Of a stretch of 39,644 nucleotides of DNA, positions 24,986 through 32,654 are shown in pieces. The notes below the pieces were generated by a model. The model did no database searches and was not told where the DNA came from. It saw only the letters and a program-made list of their open reading frames with translations. Position 1 is the first letter of the stretch. Every line of letters begins with the position of its first letter. A program made the position numbers and the translations under genes. This DNA is from a virus (taxonomy: Duplodnaviria > Caudoviricetes): positions 1 to 39,644 of IMG/VR virus record IMGVR_UViG_3300009550_000529; one strand, 5' to 3'.

Positions 24986-26310
24986 TGTGCGGATTTTTAA
25001 TACATAAACATAATACACCTAACAAGGAATTAACAGAACAAATCATGGAAGGAATGGCCTATCGCGGTCTTCCTGGATATTCTAATTATAAACATTGGAA
25101 AGGTTATGACATGGCTCATACATCTTTACCAATGGTCTGTAAAGACAAAGAAAAATCTATTCAACCAATACAAAATCATAGGTGGGAATCTCCATCAATG
25201 TTTGTTGGTGAAATATTTAATTGGGAAGACTTTGGTGAAGATTTCGATCACGACGGTCACATGTTACATTCACTATATAAAGAAATGGAAGACGATGATC
25301 TATTCCATCACTTCGATGGGTTCTGGTCCTTTATTACTTTTGTAGAAGATAAACCAATAGTCTATACAGATTTCTTAGGTATTAAACCTGTATATTATAG
25401 AACAGATGTAGAAGCTATTGCATCAGAACCAAACGCACTGATGGGTCTTGGTACTATTACACCTGATTACCTATATCTTTCTAATGTTATGAAATGGGGT
25501 TATGATTATACTGGTGCTACACCGTGGAACGAAATTAAACAATTAAAACCTGGCCATTATTTGTATGAGGGTCAAGAAGTAAGATACTATGATTGGACAA
25601 AGGTTCCTTGTCATAATCTAAGAGATGATTTAAGTCAAGCAGTTATTAATCGTTTAGGTGGATTTAGAGAGGCAGCTATATTACTTAGTGGTGGTTTAGA
25701 TTCTACAATCATACATGGATTAATCAAAGAACAAGGTTTGGATATAACACCAATACATGTTAGTAATCACGAAAAAGATTTCGCGTCCTTAGTCTGTAAA
25801 GATGTCGTAGAGGTTTCATTAGATTCTATTACAGATAGGGACGCAATCTCTATACACCAAACTCCTGTTGACCTTGGTTCAGTTAAACCACAAATAGCTA
25901 TGGGAGAACAGTTAAAAGAATTGGGATTTCATAATGTTCTAACAGGAGATGGCGCAGACGAATTATTTGGTGGTTATCGAAGAGCAAAAGAATACGATAG
26001 CCAATATTCAGATGTGTTTTGTGAATTGCCATATTATCATTTACCAAAACTAGATAGAACTATGATGTGGTCTACAGTGGAACTACGTGCTCCATTCTTA
26101 GCACCATCAGTTATATGTCATGGATTAAATACACCTTATTCAGAAAGACAAGGTGAAAAGAAAAGATTAAAAGAAGTATTTGCAGATCTAGTACCAAGTA
26201 AGATATTGGAAAGAGATAAGCATCCACTTAAAACTGATTCAATTAGGTATGAACCAATGAGACAAAGACAAATCAATAATACACTATGGAGAGACATGTA
26301 TGGGTTCTAA
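24985..26310 (+). CDS. Asparagine-synthetase-B-like amidotransferase (Ntn GATase plus PP-loop synthetase)
   Basis: N-terminal MCGF, GEIFN, DFLGIKPVYY, ASE, LLSGGLDST, LTGDGADELFGGY, LDR.MM...VELRAPFL. Confidence 0.9.
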   Translation: MCGFLIHKHNTPNKELTEQIMEGMAYRGLPGYSNYKHWKGYDMAHTSLPMVCKDKEKSIQPIQNHRWESPSMFVGEIFNWEDFGEDFDHDGHMLHSLYKEMEDDDLFHHFDGFWSFITFVEDKPIVYTDFLGIKPVYYRTDVEAIASEPNALMGLGTITPDYLYLSNVMKWGYDYTGATPWNEIKQLKPGHYLYEGQEVRYYDWTKVPCHNLRDDLSQAVINRLGGFREAAILLSGGLDSTIIHGLIKEQGLDITPIHVSNHEKDFASLVCKDVVEVSLDSITDRDAISIHQTPVDLGSVKPQIAMGEQLKELGFHNVLTGDGADELFGGYRRAKEYDSQYSDVFCELPYYHLPKLDRTMMWSTVELRAPFLAPSVICHGLNTPYSERQGEKKRLKEVFADLVPSKILERDKHPLKTDSIRYEPMRQRQINNTLWRDMYGF

Positions 26311-26740
26311 AAAGTATGACCACAGATATTTAGAGTTAGCTAAGTTCTTTTCTACTTGGTCTAAAGACCCTAGCACACAAATAGGTGCAGTAGCTATAGG
26401 ATCAAAAGGTCAAGTATTGGCACAAGGTTATAATGGGTTTCCTAGAAAGGTAAATGAATCAGATGAACGTTATACTAATAGAGAAACAAAATACAAATAT
26501 GTAGTTCATGCAGAAATGAATTGCATATACAACGCATCTTATAATGGTGCTAAGTTAGATGGTGCAACTATGTACGTATATGGATTACCAGTTTGTCACG
26601 AATGTGCAAAAGCTATTATCCAAGTAGGAATTACACGTGTGGTTGTACCAATTATAGATTTACCAGAAAGGTGGAAAGAATCCACCGACCTAACAATGAC
26701 AATGTTTGAAGAAGCAGGGGTCGAATATGAATTCATTTAG
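26300..26740 (+). CDS. cd: dCMP deaminase
   Basis: SKDPSTQIGA, GYNGFP, HAEMN, PVCHECAKAIIQ.GI. Confidence 0.92.
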   Translation: MGSKKYDHRYLELAKFFSTWSKDPSTQIGAVAIGSKGQVLAQGYNGFPRKVNESDERYTNRETKYKYVVHAEMNCIYNASYNGAKLDGATMYVYGLPVCHECAKAIIQVGITRVVVPIIDLPERWKESTDLTMTMFEEAGVEYEFI

Positions 26741-26773
26741 GGGGTTTACTTTTATTAAGTTTTATGGTATAAT
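26740..26773 (+). promoter_or_regulatory. sigma70-type promoter
   Basis: GGGGG-TTTACT(26745-26750)-N17-TATAAT(26768-26773). Confidence 0.8.
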
Positions 26774-26805
26774 AGGCCTTGCAAAAACAATTATGGAGAA
26801 AATAA

Positions 26806-27318
26806 ATGTATGGAATAAATGATGTATTTCCTGGCTTTGCTATGAATATAGTTAAACCTCATGGAAATGAAATGACAAGTATGACAGAAGAAGATCTTTT
26901 TGGAGAATGGTCTGTCGTATACTTTTATCCAAAAGACTTTACTTTTATTTGTCCTACAGAAATAGCTGCAATGGATATTGTAGAAAAAGAATGTGATGTT
27001 CTAGGTATATCTGGAGACAATGAATTTTGTAAAGCCGCTTGGAAAGAGGTTAATGGATTAATAAGAGATATTAATCATCCACTTGGTGCAGACTGTGGAC
27101 TACTATTAGCTTCTGAATTAGGTATTGTAGATATAGATGAACAAGTTGCTTTAAGAGCTACATTCATTCTAGACCCTGATAATATTATAAAACATGTGAG
27201 TGTAAATGCTTTGGACACAGGAAGAAACGCTGATGAGATCCTTAGAACATTACAAGCACTTAAAGCTGGTGGGCTAACTGGATGCAGTTGGAACCCAGGG
27301 GAGGAGTTCGTTGCCTAG
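26806..27318 (+). CDS. ahpC: Peroxiredoxin (AhpC/TSA)
   Basis: [37 protein letters not shown]-terminal GCSW. Confidence 0.92.
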   Translation: MYGINDVFPGFAMNIVKPHGNEMTSMTEEDLFGEWSVVYFYPKDFTFICPTEIAAMDIVEKECDVLGISGDNEFCKAAWKEVNGLIRDINHPLGADCGLLLASELGIVDIDEQVALRATFILDPDNIIKHVSVNALDTGRNADEILRTLQALKAGGLTGCSWNPGEEFVA

Positions 27319-27562
27319 TGTAGATCTAAGACCAAGGAAACGTCATCCCAAAGATAAGCGTCCGGCTAAACCAATGCCTTTCGATGTTGCATTACGTAAG
27401 TTTAAAAAGCAATGTGAAAAAGCTGGTATCGTGCAAGAAGTAAGACGTAGAGAGTATTACGAAAAGCCAAACCAGAAAAGGAAAAGAAAGAAAGCTGAAG
27501 GAATAGCACGCTGGAAAAAGAAAGAAAGATCAATGCAACTCAGACCAGAAAGGAGGTACTAA
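27311..27562 (+). CDS. rpsU: Phage-encoded ribosomal protein bS21
   Basis: [37 protein letters not shown]; TTG start after GGAGGAG. Confidence 0.9.
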   Translation: MPSVDLRPRKRHPKDKRPAKPMPFDVALRKFKKQCEKAGIVQEVRRREYYEKPNQKRKRKKAEGIARWKKKERSMQLRPERRY

Positions 27563-28623
27563 TGGCTAGTTTAATGTCTAAATTACATAAGAATTCTAAG
27601 ATTAAAATGTCTAACACTTTAGATAAATCAGAATTCTTTACAGATAAAAATGCAACCACCACATCCGTTCCAATGATAAACGTAGCTTTGTCAGGAGATA
27701 TGGAAGGTGGATTATACTCCGGACTTACAGTTCTAGCTGGTCCGAGTAAACACTTTAAAACTTCTTTTGCCTTATTAATGGCATCAGATTATTTAAAAGA
27801 AAACGAAGATGCAGTCTTAATGTTTTATGATTCAGAGTTTGGTTCACCACAATCATACTTTGAAGCATTTGACATTGACACATCTAGAGTTTTACATACT
27901 CCTATAACTGATGTAGAACAACTTAAGTTCGATTTAGTTAGTCAACTAGATAATCTAGAGAAAGGAGATAAAGTCGTGATTATTATAGATTCGATTGGTA
28001 ACTTAGCATCTAAGAAAGAATTAGAAGATGCACTAAGTGAAAAATCGGTCGCTGATATGTCACGTGCAAAGGCGCTAAAAGGTTTATTCAGAATGGTAAC
28101 ACCATATCTGAAAATGAAAGATATTCCTCTTTTAGCTGTTAACCATACCTATCAAGAGATGGGTTTATTCCCTAAAGCTATTGTTTCAGGTGGTACTGGA
28201 ATATATTACTCTGCCGATAATATTTGGATTATTGGAAGACAACAACAGAAACAGGGAACACAAATAAAAGGATATAATTTTGTTATTAACGTCGAAAAAT
28301 CAAGATTTGTTAAAGAAAAGTCTAAAGTCCCTATCTCAGTTTCTTGGGATGGTGGCATCGAAAAGTACAGCGGTCTTCTGGATGTTGCTCTTGCTGGTGG
28401 GTATGTTGCTAAGCCTAATGTTGGTTGGTACTCTAAAGTTGATAAGTCTACTGGGGAACTCTTGGATCCTAAAGTCAGAGAAAAAGATACTCTCAACAAA
28501 GAATTCTGGGACTCGATTTTTGAAGGAACAGACTTTAAAGAATTTGTCAAAGGCCACTACCAAATTGGATCAGTACCCTTATTAGATGTAGAACTAGATA
28601 TAGAGACTGAAGATGGAAGTTAG
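27562..28623 (+). CDS. uvsX: RecA-like recombinase UvsX
   Basis: MINVALSG, AGPSKHFKT, FYDSEFG, IIDSIGNLASKKE, ADMSRAK, VNHTY, SGGTGIYYSAD. Confidence 0.97.
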   Translation: MASLMSKLHKNSKIKMSNTLDKSEFFTDKNATTTSVPMINVALSGDMEGGLYSGLTVLAGPSKHFKTSFALLMASDYLKENEDAVLMFYDSEFGSPQSYFEAFDIDTSRVLHTPITDVEQLKFDLVSQLDNLEKGDKVVIIIDSIGNLASKKELEDALSEKSVADMSRAKALKGLFRMVTPYLKMKDIPLLAVNHTYQEMGLFPKAIVSGGTGIYYSADNIWIIGRQQQKQGTQIKGYNFVINVEKSRFVKEKSKVPISVSWDGGIEKYSGLLDVALAGGYVAKPNVGWYSKVDKSTGELLDPKVREKDTLNKEFWDSIFEGTDFKEFVKGHYQIGSVPLLDVELDIETEDGS

Positions 28624-28948
28624 TCACGCAGATTATCAACTCGTAGAATCTAATAACGTAGAATTTTATGGGGTCAAACTTCTTACAGGTAAGTGGAAAA
28701 ATGTTACATACATATATGGTAAGGTTCAAATAAAAGAGTCTAAAGAACTAGACATAGCAACACTTTCATTTACTTACAACATTCAGGAATCAGCTGAATA
28801 CGAAGAAGACGATCTCATAAATGATATTAACTTCCGTAATTATATAGGTGGAATCCTCCAACATATTATAGAGGATTCTTTAGATAATGGAGCACAGGTT
28901 GGAACAATCAAATCAAATACAGACACACATACTGAATCATCTAATTAA
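28613..28948 (+). CDS. Conserved hypothetical protein at the T4 gp40 position
   Basis: Between uvsX and gp41; YGKVQIKE...LSFTYNI...F.NYIG.IL. Confidence 0.55.
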   Translation: MEVSHADYQLVESNNVEFYGVKLLTGKWKNVTYIYGKVQIKESKELDIATLSFTYNIQESAEYEEDDLINDINFRNYIGGILQHIIEDSLDNGAQVGTIKSNTDTHTESSN

Positions 28949-30290
28949 TAACGAAGATTACTGTAGAAGAGTAATACCGTTTTTAAAGAAAGATTATTTT
29001 GAAGGCACACATAAAGTTGTGTTTGATCTTATTGTGGACTTTGTAGTTACACATAATAAGATACCTTCAGGTAAAGTTTTAGAAATGGAATTATCTAAGG
29101 TCGGTGCACCAGAAGATGTGCTAACCCAAGCCAATAATCTTATACAAGAAGTTAAAACTAAGTCTGATATAGATACAGACTATCTTATAAAAGAGTCTGA
29201 AAGCTGGTGTAAAGAGAGGGCAGTTTACAATGCAATTATGGAATCAATTCAAATTATTGATGGAAAAGATAAAGAGCGAGGAGATGGAGCTATTCCGGAC
29301 ATACTCAGTAATGCTCTTGGGGTTAGTTTTGATCCTAATATTGGACACGATTATATAGACAATTCTGATAAGAGATTTGATTTCTATAATACAGAAGAGT
29401 CAAGAATACCATTTGATTTAGATTACTTTAACAAAATAACGAAAGGCGGTTTACCGAACAAAACCTTGAATATAGCCATGGCAGGTACCGGTGTAGGTAA
29501 ATCGCTTTTCATGTGCCATTGCGCAGCTTCTAATCTTTCTTTAGGAAACAACGTCCTATACATTACCATGGAAATGGCGGAAGAAAGAATCGCAGAAAGA
29601 ATAGATGCTAACCTTATGGACTTGCCTATACAACAATTAGAAACATTACCTAAAAACGTATTTGATTCTAAGATACAAAACATTGCGCAAGGTTCGATTG
29701 GGAAACTTATAGTAAAAGAATACCCAACAGGCGCAGCGCATACAGGACATTTCAGGGCATTACTAAATGAACTGAAACTTAAAAAGAACTTTAAACCCGA
29801 TATAATTTATATCGATTATTTAAACATTTGTGCTTCTAGTCGCGTCCGTGGGCTCGGCGGAAGTATAAATACTTACTCGTATGTTAAATCAATAGCTGAA
29901 GAGTTACGTGGTTTGGCAGTCGAGTTTAATCTTCCAATCGTGAGTGCAACGCAAACGACTAGATCTGGTTATTCTAACACTGATGTAGGATTGGAAGATA
30001 CTTCGGAATCGTTTGGCTTACCTGCGACCGCCGACCTTATGTTCGCTCTGATTAGTACAGAAGAACTTGAGGAACTTGGTCAAATGTTAGTTAAGCAATT
30101 GAAGAATCGTTACAACGATCCAACCAAATATAAGCGTTTTGTAATTGGAGTGGATCGTAGTAGGATGAAACTTTATGATGTAGAAGAGTCAGCCCAAACA
30201 GACATAATGTCTGACTTGGTACCTGACAAAGCAATAAATAAATTTGGTGAGGGTGAATCCGAAGACCCTTACGCTGAATTTAAAATATAG
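28887..30290 (+). CDS. gp41: Replicative DnaB-like helicase
   Basis: TKGGLPNKTLNI, AGTGVGKS, YITMEMAEE, IDYLNI, SATQTTRSG, ESFGLPATAD, QLKNRY; start may be TTG 28899 after GGAG. Confidence 0.97.
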   Translation: MEHRLEQSNQIQTHILNHLINNEDYCRRVIPFLKKDYFEGTHKVVFDLIVDFVVTHNKIPSGKVLEMELSKVGAPEDVLTQANNLIQEVKTKSDIDTDYLIKESESWCKERAVYNAIMESIQIIDGKDKERGDGAIPDILSNALGVSFDPNIGHDYIDNSDKRFDFYNTEESRIPFDLDYFNKITKGGLPNKTLNIAMAGTGVGKSLFMCHCAASNLSLGNNVLYITMEMAEERIAERIDANLMDLPIQQLETLPKNVFDSKIQNIAQGSIGKLIVKEYPTGAAHTGHFRALLNELKLKKNFKPDIIYIDYLNICASSRVRGLGGSINTYSYVKSIAEELRGLAVEFNLPIVSATQTTRSGYSNTDVGLEDTSESFGLPATADLMFALISTEELEELGQMLVKQLKNRYNDPTKYKRFVIGVDRSRMKLYDVEESAQTDIMSDLVPDKAINKFGEGESEDPYAEFKI

Positions 30291-30300
30291 AGGAAAATAT

Positions 30301-30477
30301 ATGTTAGTAAAAGCAAAAGATTGGATAATGGCGCGTGTCACTGAAAGAACTTCTTATGACGGCCTACTGCTTCTTGCAGTTGGTGGTTCAGTTCTTTTAT
30401 TTGGCGGTTTGGCCAAGCTTCTAGCTTGGGTCGCTGTAGTATGGGGTGTTTACACACTCATAAGGGCAGAGGCGTAA
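30301..30477 (+). CDS. Small two-TM membrane protein (58 aa)
   Basis: ATG 30301 after GAGGA; WIMARVTERTSYDG then two hydrophobic segments. Confidence 0.7.
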   Translation: MLVKAKDWIMARVTERTSYDGLLLLAVGGSVLLFGGLAKLLAWVAVVWGVYTLIRAEA

Positions 30478-30479
30478 TT

Positions 30480-31070
30480 ATGAATAAGCTATTTGCAACG
30501 GCAGCTTTATTTGCCGCAATATTAATCTCTCCTATGGCTTCGGCCGGTGGATCTGTTGGGGTTGACTCTGACAAATTCTGGAGAGGAGTGAATATGAGCA
30601 ACGGTCTAGCAACTAACCTAAGTCTGGATTACGGACATAAAGGTTGGTTTGTAGGATTAGAAGCTTTCAATGGTGATGAACTTAATTCTATGGTTCATGC
30701 AGGTTATTCAGTAGATTTAACTGATAGCATGTCAGTCCGAGGAGGTATCGTATCTTATGATATGGAAATGCTCGGTGATAGATTTGAGGAAGCTGTTATC
30801 GGCGGTTCATATAAAGGTCTAGATGTAGACTATTTTATAAACGTTGATGAAACAGATTCAACTTATTTAGAGGTTGGATATACTTTACCATTAATATCCA
30901 TTGTTGACCTTGAACTAAATTACGGAAGGTTTGACGACGGTGAAGACGTATTAGGATTTACCGTATCTAAAGATGTAGGACAGATGGTCTTATCACTTAT
31001 GGTTCTAGAAGAATCTAGACATGGTGAGTTTATGGACCACGCTTCTGTTGGATTACATTATCGATTTTAA
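30480..31070 (+). CDS. TorF-like putative outer-membrane beta-barrel/porin
   Basis: Signal peptide MNKLFATAALFAAILISPMASA; SDKFWRGV (family SDY.FRG. motif); alternating beta strands; C-terminal HYRF beta-signal. Confidence 0.75.
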   Translation: MNKLFATAALFAAILISPMASAGGSVGVDSDKFWRGVNMSNGLATNLSLDYGHKGWFVGLEAFNGDELNSMVHAGYSVDLTDSMSVRGGIVSYDMEMLGDRFEEAVIGGSYKGLDVDYFINVDETDSTYLEVGYTLPLISIVDLELNYGRFDDGEDVLGFTVSKDVGQMVLSLMVLEESRHGEFMDHASVGLHYRF

Positions 31071-31100
31071 GTGAATTAATTGTCACGAAAAAGTCACGAA

Positions 31101-31128
31101 AGGGGGGTTTACAAACCCCTCTTTTTTT
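31101..31128 (+). terminator. Terminator hairpin enclosing a -35 box
   Basis: AGGGGGGTT-TACA-AACCCCTCT followed by a T run. Confidence 0.65.
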
Positions 31129-31136
31129 GGTATAAT
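31102..31136 (+). promoter_or_regulatory. sigma70-type promoter
   Basis: GGGGGG-TTTACA(31108-31113)-N17-TATAAT(31131-31136); AAGGAG SD before 31169. Confidence 0.8.
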
Positions 31137-31168
31137 ACTCTTATAAAATAAAAAAGTAAGGAGATTTT

Positions 31169-31513
31169 ATGACAAAAGAACAAGCAACACAAAAAGCTAC
31201 TTTATTAGTAGATGCTTTAGATAAACTATGTAAAGATATAGTTAACGCCCATGATATGAGACACCCAGGATTAGCTGGTGATATGTCATGTGATTGGAAA
31301 AAAGGTCAAAAGTTTATCAAGGTTATTAGAACTACAGGTTCTGGTGATTCTGTATGGGGATTTATTAACCTTAAACATGAAGACTTTGAATTAGGTGATG
31401 TTCTTATGGCAAAAAGCTGGAAGGCTCCTGCTCTAAACCACCCAAGAGGAAATATCCTAGAAGGTTATACAATTACTGGAATGAGACAATACGGACCGGA
31501 TTATATTAGATAA
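31169..31513 (+). CDS. Conserved phage hypothetical protein
   Basis: KGQKFIKVI...SVWGFI...GDVLMAKSWKAPA...RGNI; own promoter and SD. Confidence 0.7.
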   Translation: MTKEQATQKATLLVDALDKLCKDIVNAHDMRHPGLAGDMSCDWKKGQKFIKVIRTTGSGDSVWGFINLKHEDFELGDVLMAKSWKAPALNHPRGNILEGYTITGMRQYGPDYIR

Positions 31514-31806
31514 TGACAAAGTTTGATAAAAAAGAATTAGAGAATTCAAAAAGAATCTTTAAATCTGCAACGCCAAAGTACACTGCAGATTGGGTAGTTA
31601 AATGGATAGCTTCAGTATTTGTTTTAATGGCTATCTCAATTCGTGGAATCCCAGAATTGGCATTCTACGATTTATGCTTATCCTTAATCGGAATTAGTTT
31701 ATGGTTATGGGTTAGTATAGTATGGAAAGACCGAGCACTTATAATGCTAAATGGTGCTGGTCTATTATTCTTAATTAAAAATTTAGCAGAGCAATTAATA
31801 AGATGA
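31513..31806 (+). CDS. Small multi-TM membrane protein (DUF6552-like)
   Basis: KWIASVFVL..., GISLWLWVSIVWKDRALIMLN; three hydrophobic helices. Confidence 0.65.
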   Translation: MTKFDKKELENSKRIFKSATPKYTADWVVKWIASVFVLMAISIRGIPELAFYDLCLSLIGISLWLWVSIVWKDRALIMLNGAGLLFLIKNLAEQLIR

Positions 31807-32237
31807 AAGACGCAATTATAGTAGACATAGATGGAACTATCGCTTCGCATTACGATGCAGATGGTAACCAAATAAGAGAACACCACGATTATAGCCAAGT
31901 TCATAACGATTTACCAATACCAGAAGTTATTGAATTGGTACAATTATATGAAGACCAAGGTTATACAATCTTAGTGGTAACTGGAAGAATGGGTAATGAT
32001 GTATGCAGAGAACTTACTGCAGAGTGGTTAAGAACACATCACATAAACTATGACCAATTACTAATGAGAGCAGATAGAGATTTTAGAGAAGACAGCGTTG
32101 TTAAATTTGAAATCTATCGTGACCATATTTTAGATAATTATAACATTAAGTTTGTTCTTGATGATAGACAACGTGTAGTTGATATGTGGAGAGGACAAGG
32201 CTTAAGAGTTTTACAGGTTGATAAAGGAGACTTTTAA
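31803..32237 (+). CDS. HAD phosphatase, like the 3'-phosphatase domain of T4 PseT (stand-alone)
   Basis: DIDGTIA, VTGR, LLMR..D.R.D..VK, LDDR..VVDMWR..GL. Confidence 0.88.
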   Translation: MKDAIIVDIDGTIASHYDADGNQIREHHDYSQVHNDLPIPEVIELVQLYEDQGYTILVVTGRMGNDVCRELTAEWLRTHHINYDQLLMRADRDFREDSVVKFEIYRDHILDNYNIKFVLDDRQRVVDMWRGQGLRVLQVDKGDF

Positions 32238-32238
32238 T

Positions 32239-32418
32239 ATGAAAGAGTACAATGTGACGGAAGGTCCGTTTCAAACAGAGTATGAATGTATACACAGAAT
32301 GCGCGAAATATCTGACTTCTTACTTAAGTGGCATTCTAAGAAAGAAGTCTCCTTTTCTACTAAATTGAAAGAAACATCTAATTGGTTTTTAGATTATACA
32401 ATTTATGATAGAGCTTAA
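32239..32418 (+). CDS. Hypothetical protein
   Basis: ATG 32239 after AAGGAG; 59 aa. Confidence 0.55.
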   Translation: MKEYNVTEGPFQTEYECIHRMREISDFLLKWHSKKEVSFSTKLKETSNWFLDYTIYDRA

Positions 32419-32608
32419 CATATATCAAGTTTTTATATTACTCATATTCTCAGTTCTAATAGGAAGAGAGATATGGATTAAAGGTCTAAGAGTTGGCGCA
32501 GAACGCGCGGTGGAACAACTACATAGAATAAAAGTTATTGCATTTGATAACAAAGGTAATATAAAACCTAATCCTTTTTTTGACGGTTACGAAGAAACAG
32601 AAAAATAA
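32405..32608 (+). CDS. Small membrane-anchored hypothetical protein
   Basis: N-terminal TM IYQVFILLIFSVLIG; overlaps the upstream ORF. Confidence 0.6.
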   Translation: MIELNIYQVFILLIFSVLIGREIWIKGLRVGAERAVEQLHRIKVIAFDNKGNIKPNPFFDGYEETEK

Positions 32609-32612
32609 ATTG

Positions 32613-32620
32613 CATAAATA
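32613..32620 (+). promoter_or_regulatory. Late promoter variant
   Basis: CATAAATA, intergenic, heading the internal-head-protein cluster. Confidence 0.55.
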
Positions 32621-32654
32621 GACATGTAATTTTATTTAAATGGGAAACATGTTT

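Noticed and set aside
24985-26310. Calling asnB an amino-acid-metabolism auxiliary gene
   Set aside because: Translationally coupled between two pyrimidine-nucleotide enzymes, short and divergent; not excluded but less parsimonious
8639-28585. Out-of-frame + strand ORFs nested in core genes (8639, 9928, 10504, 14601, 18770, 25106, 28280)
   Set aside because: Fully or largely inside conserved genes, with no initiation signals
729-30479. Track start codons 729, 13312, 13559, 30244 and 30426
   Set aside because: SD position, promoter position and family N-termini favour 753, 13321, 13598/13601, 30301 and 30480
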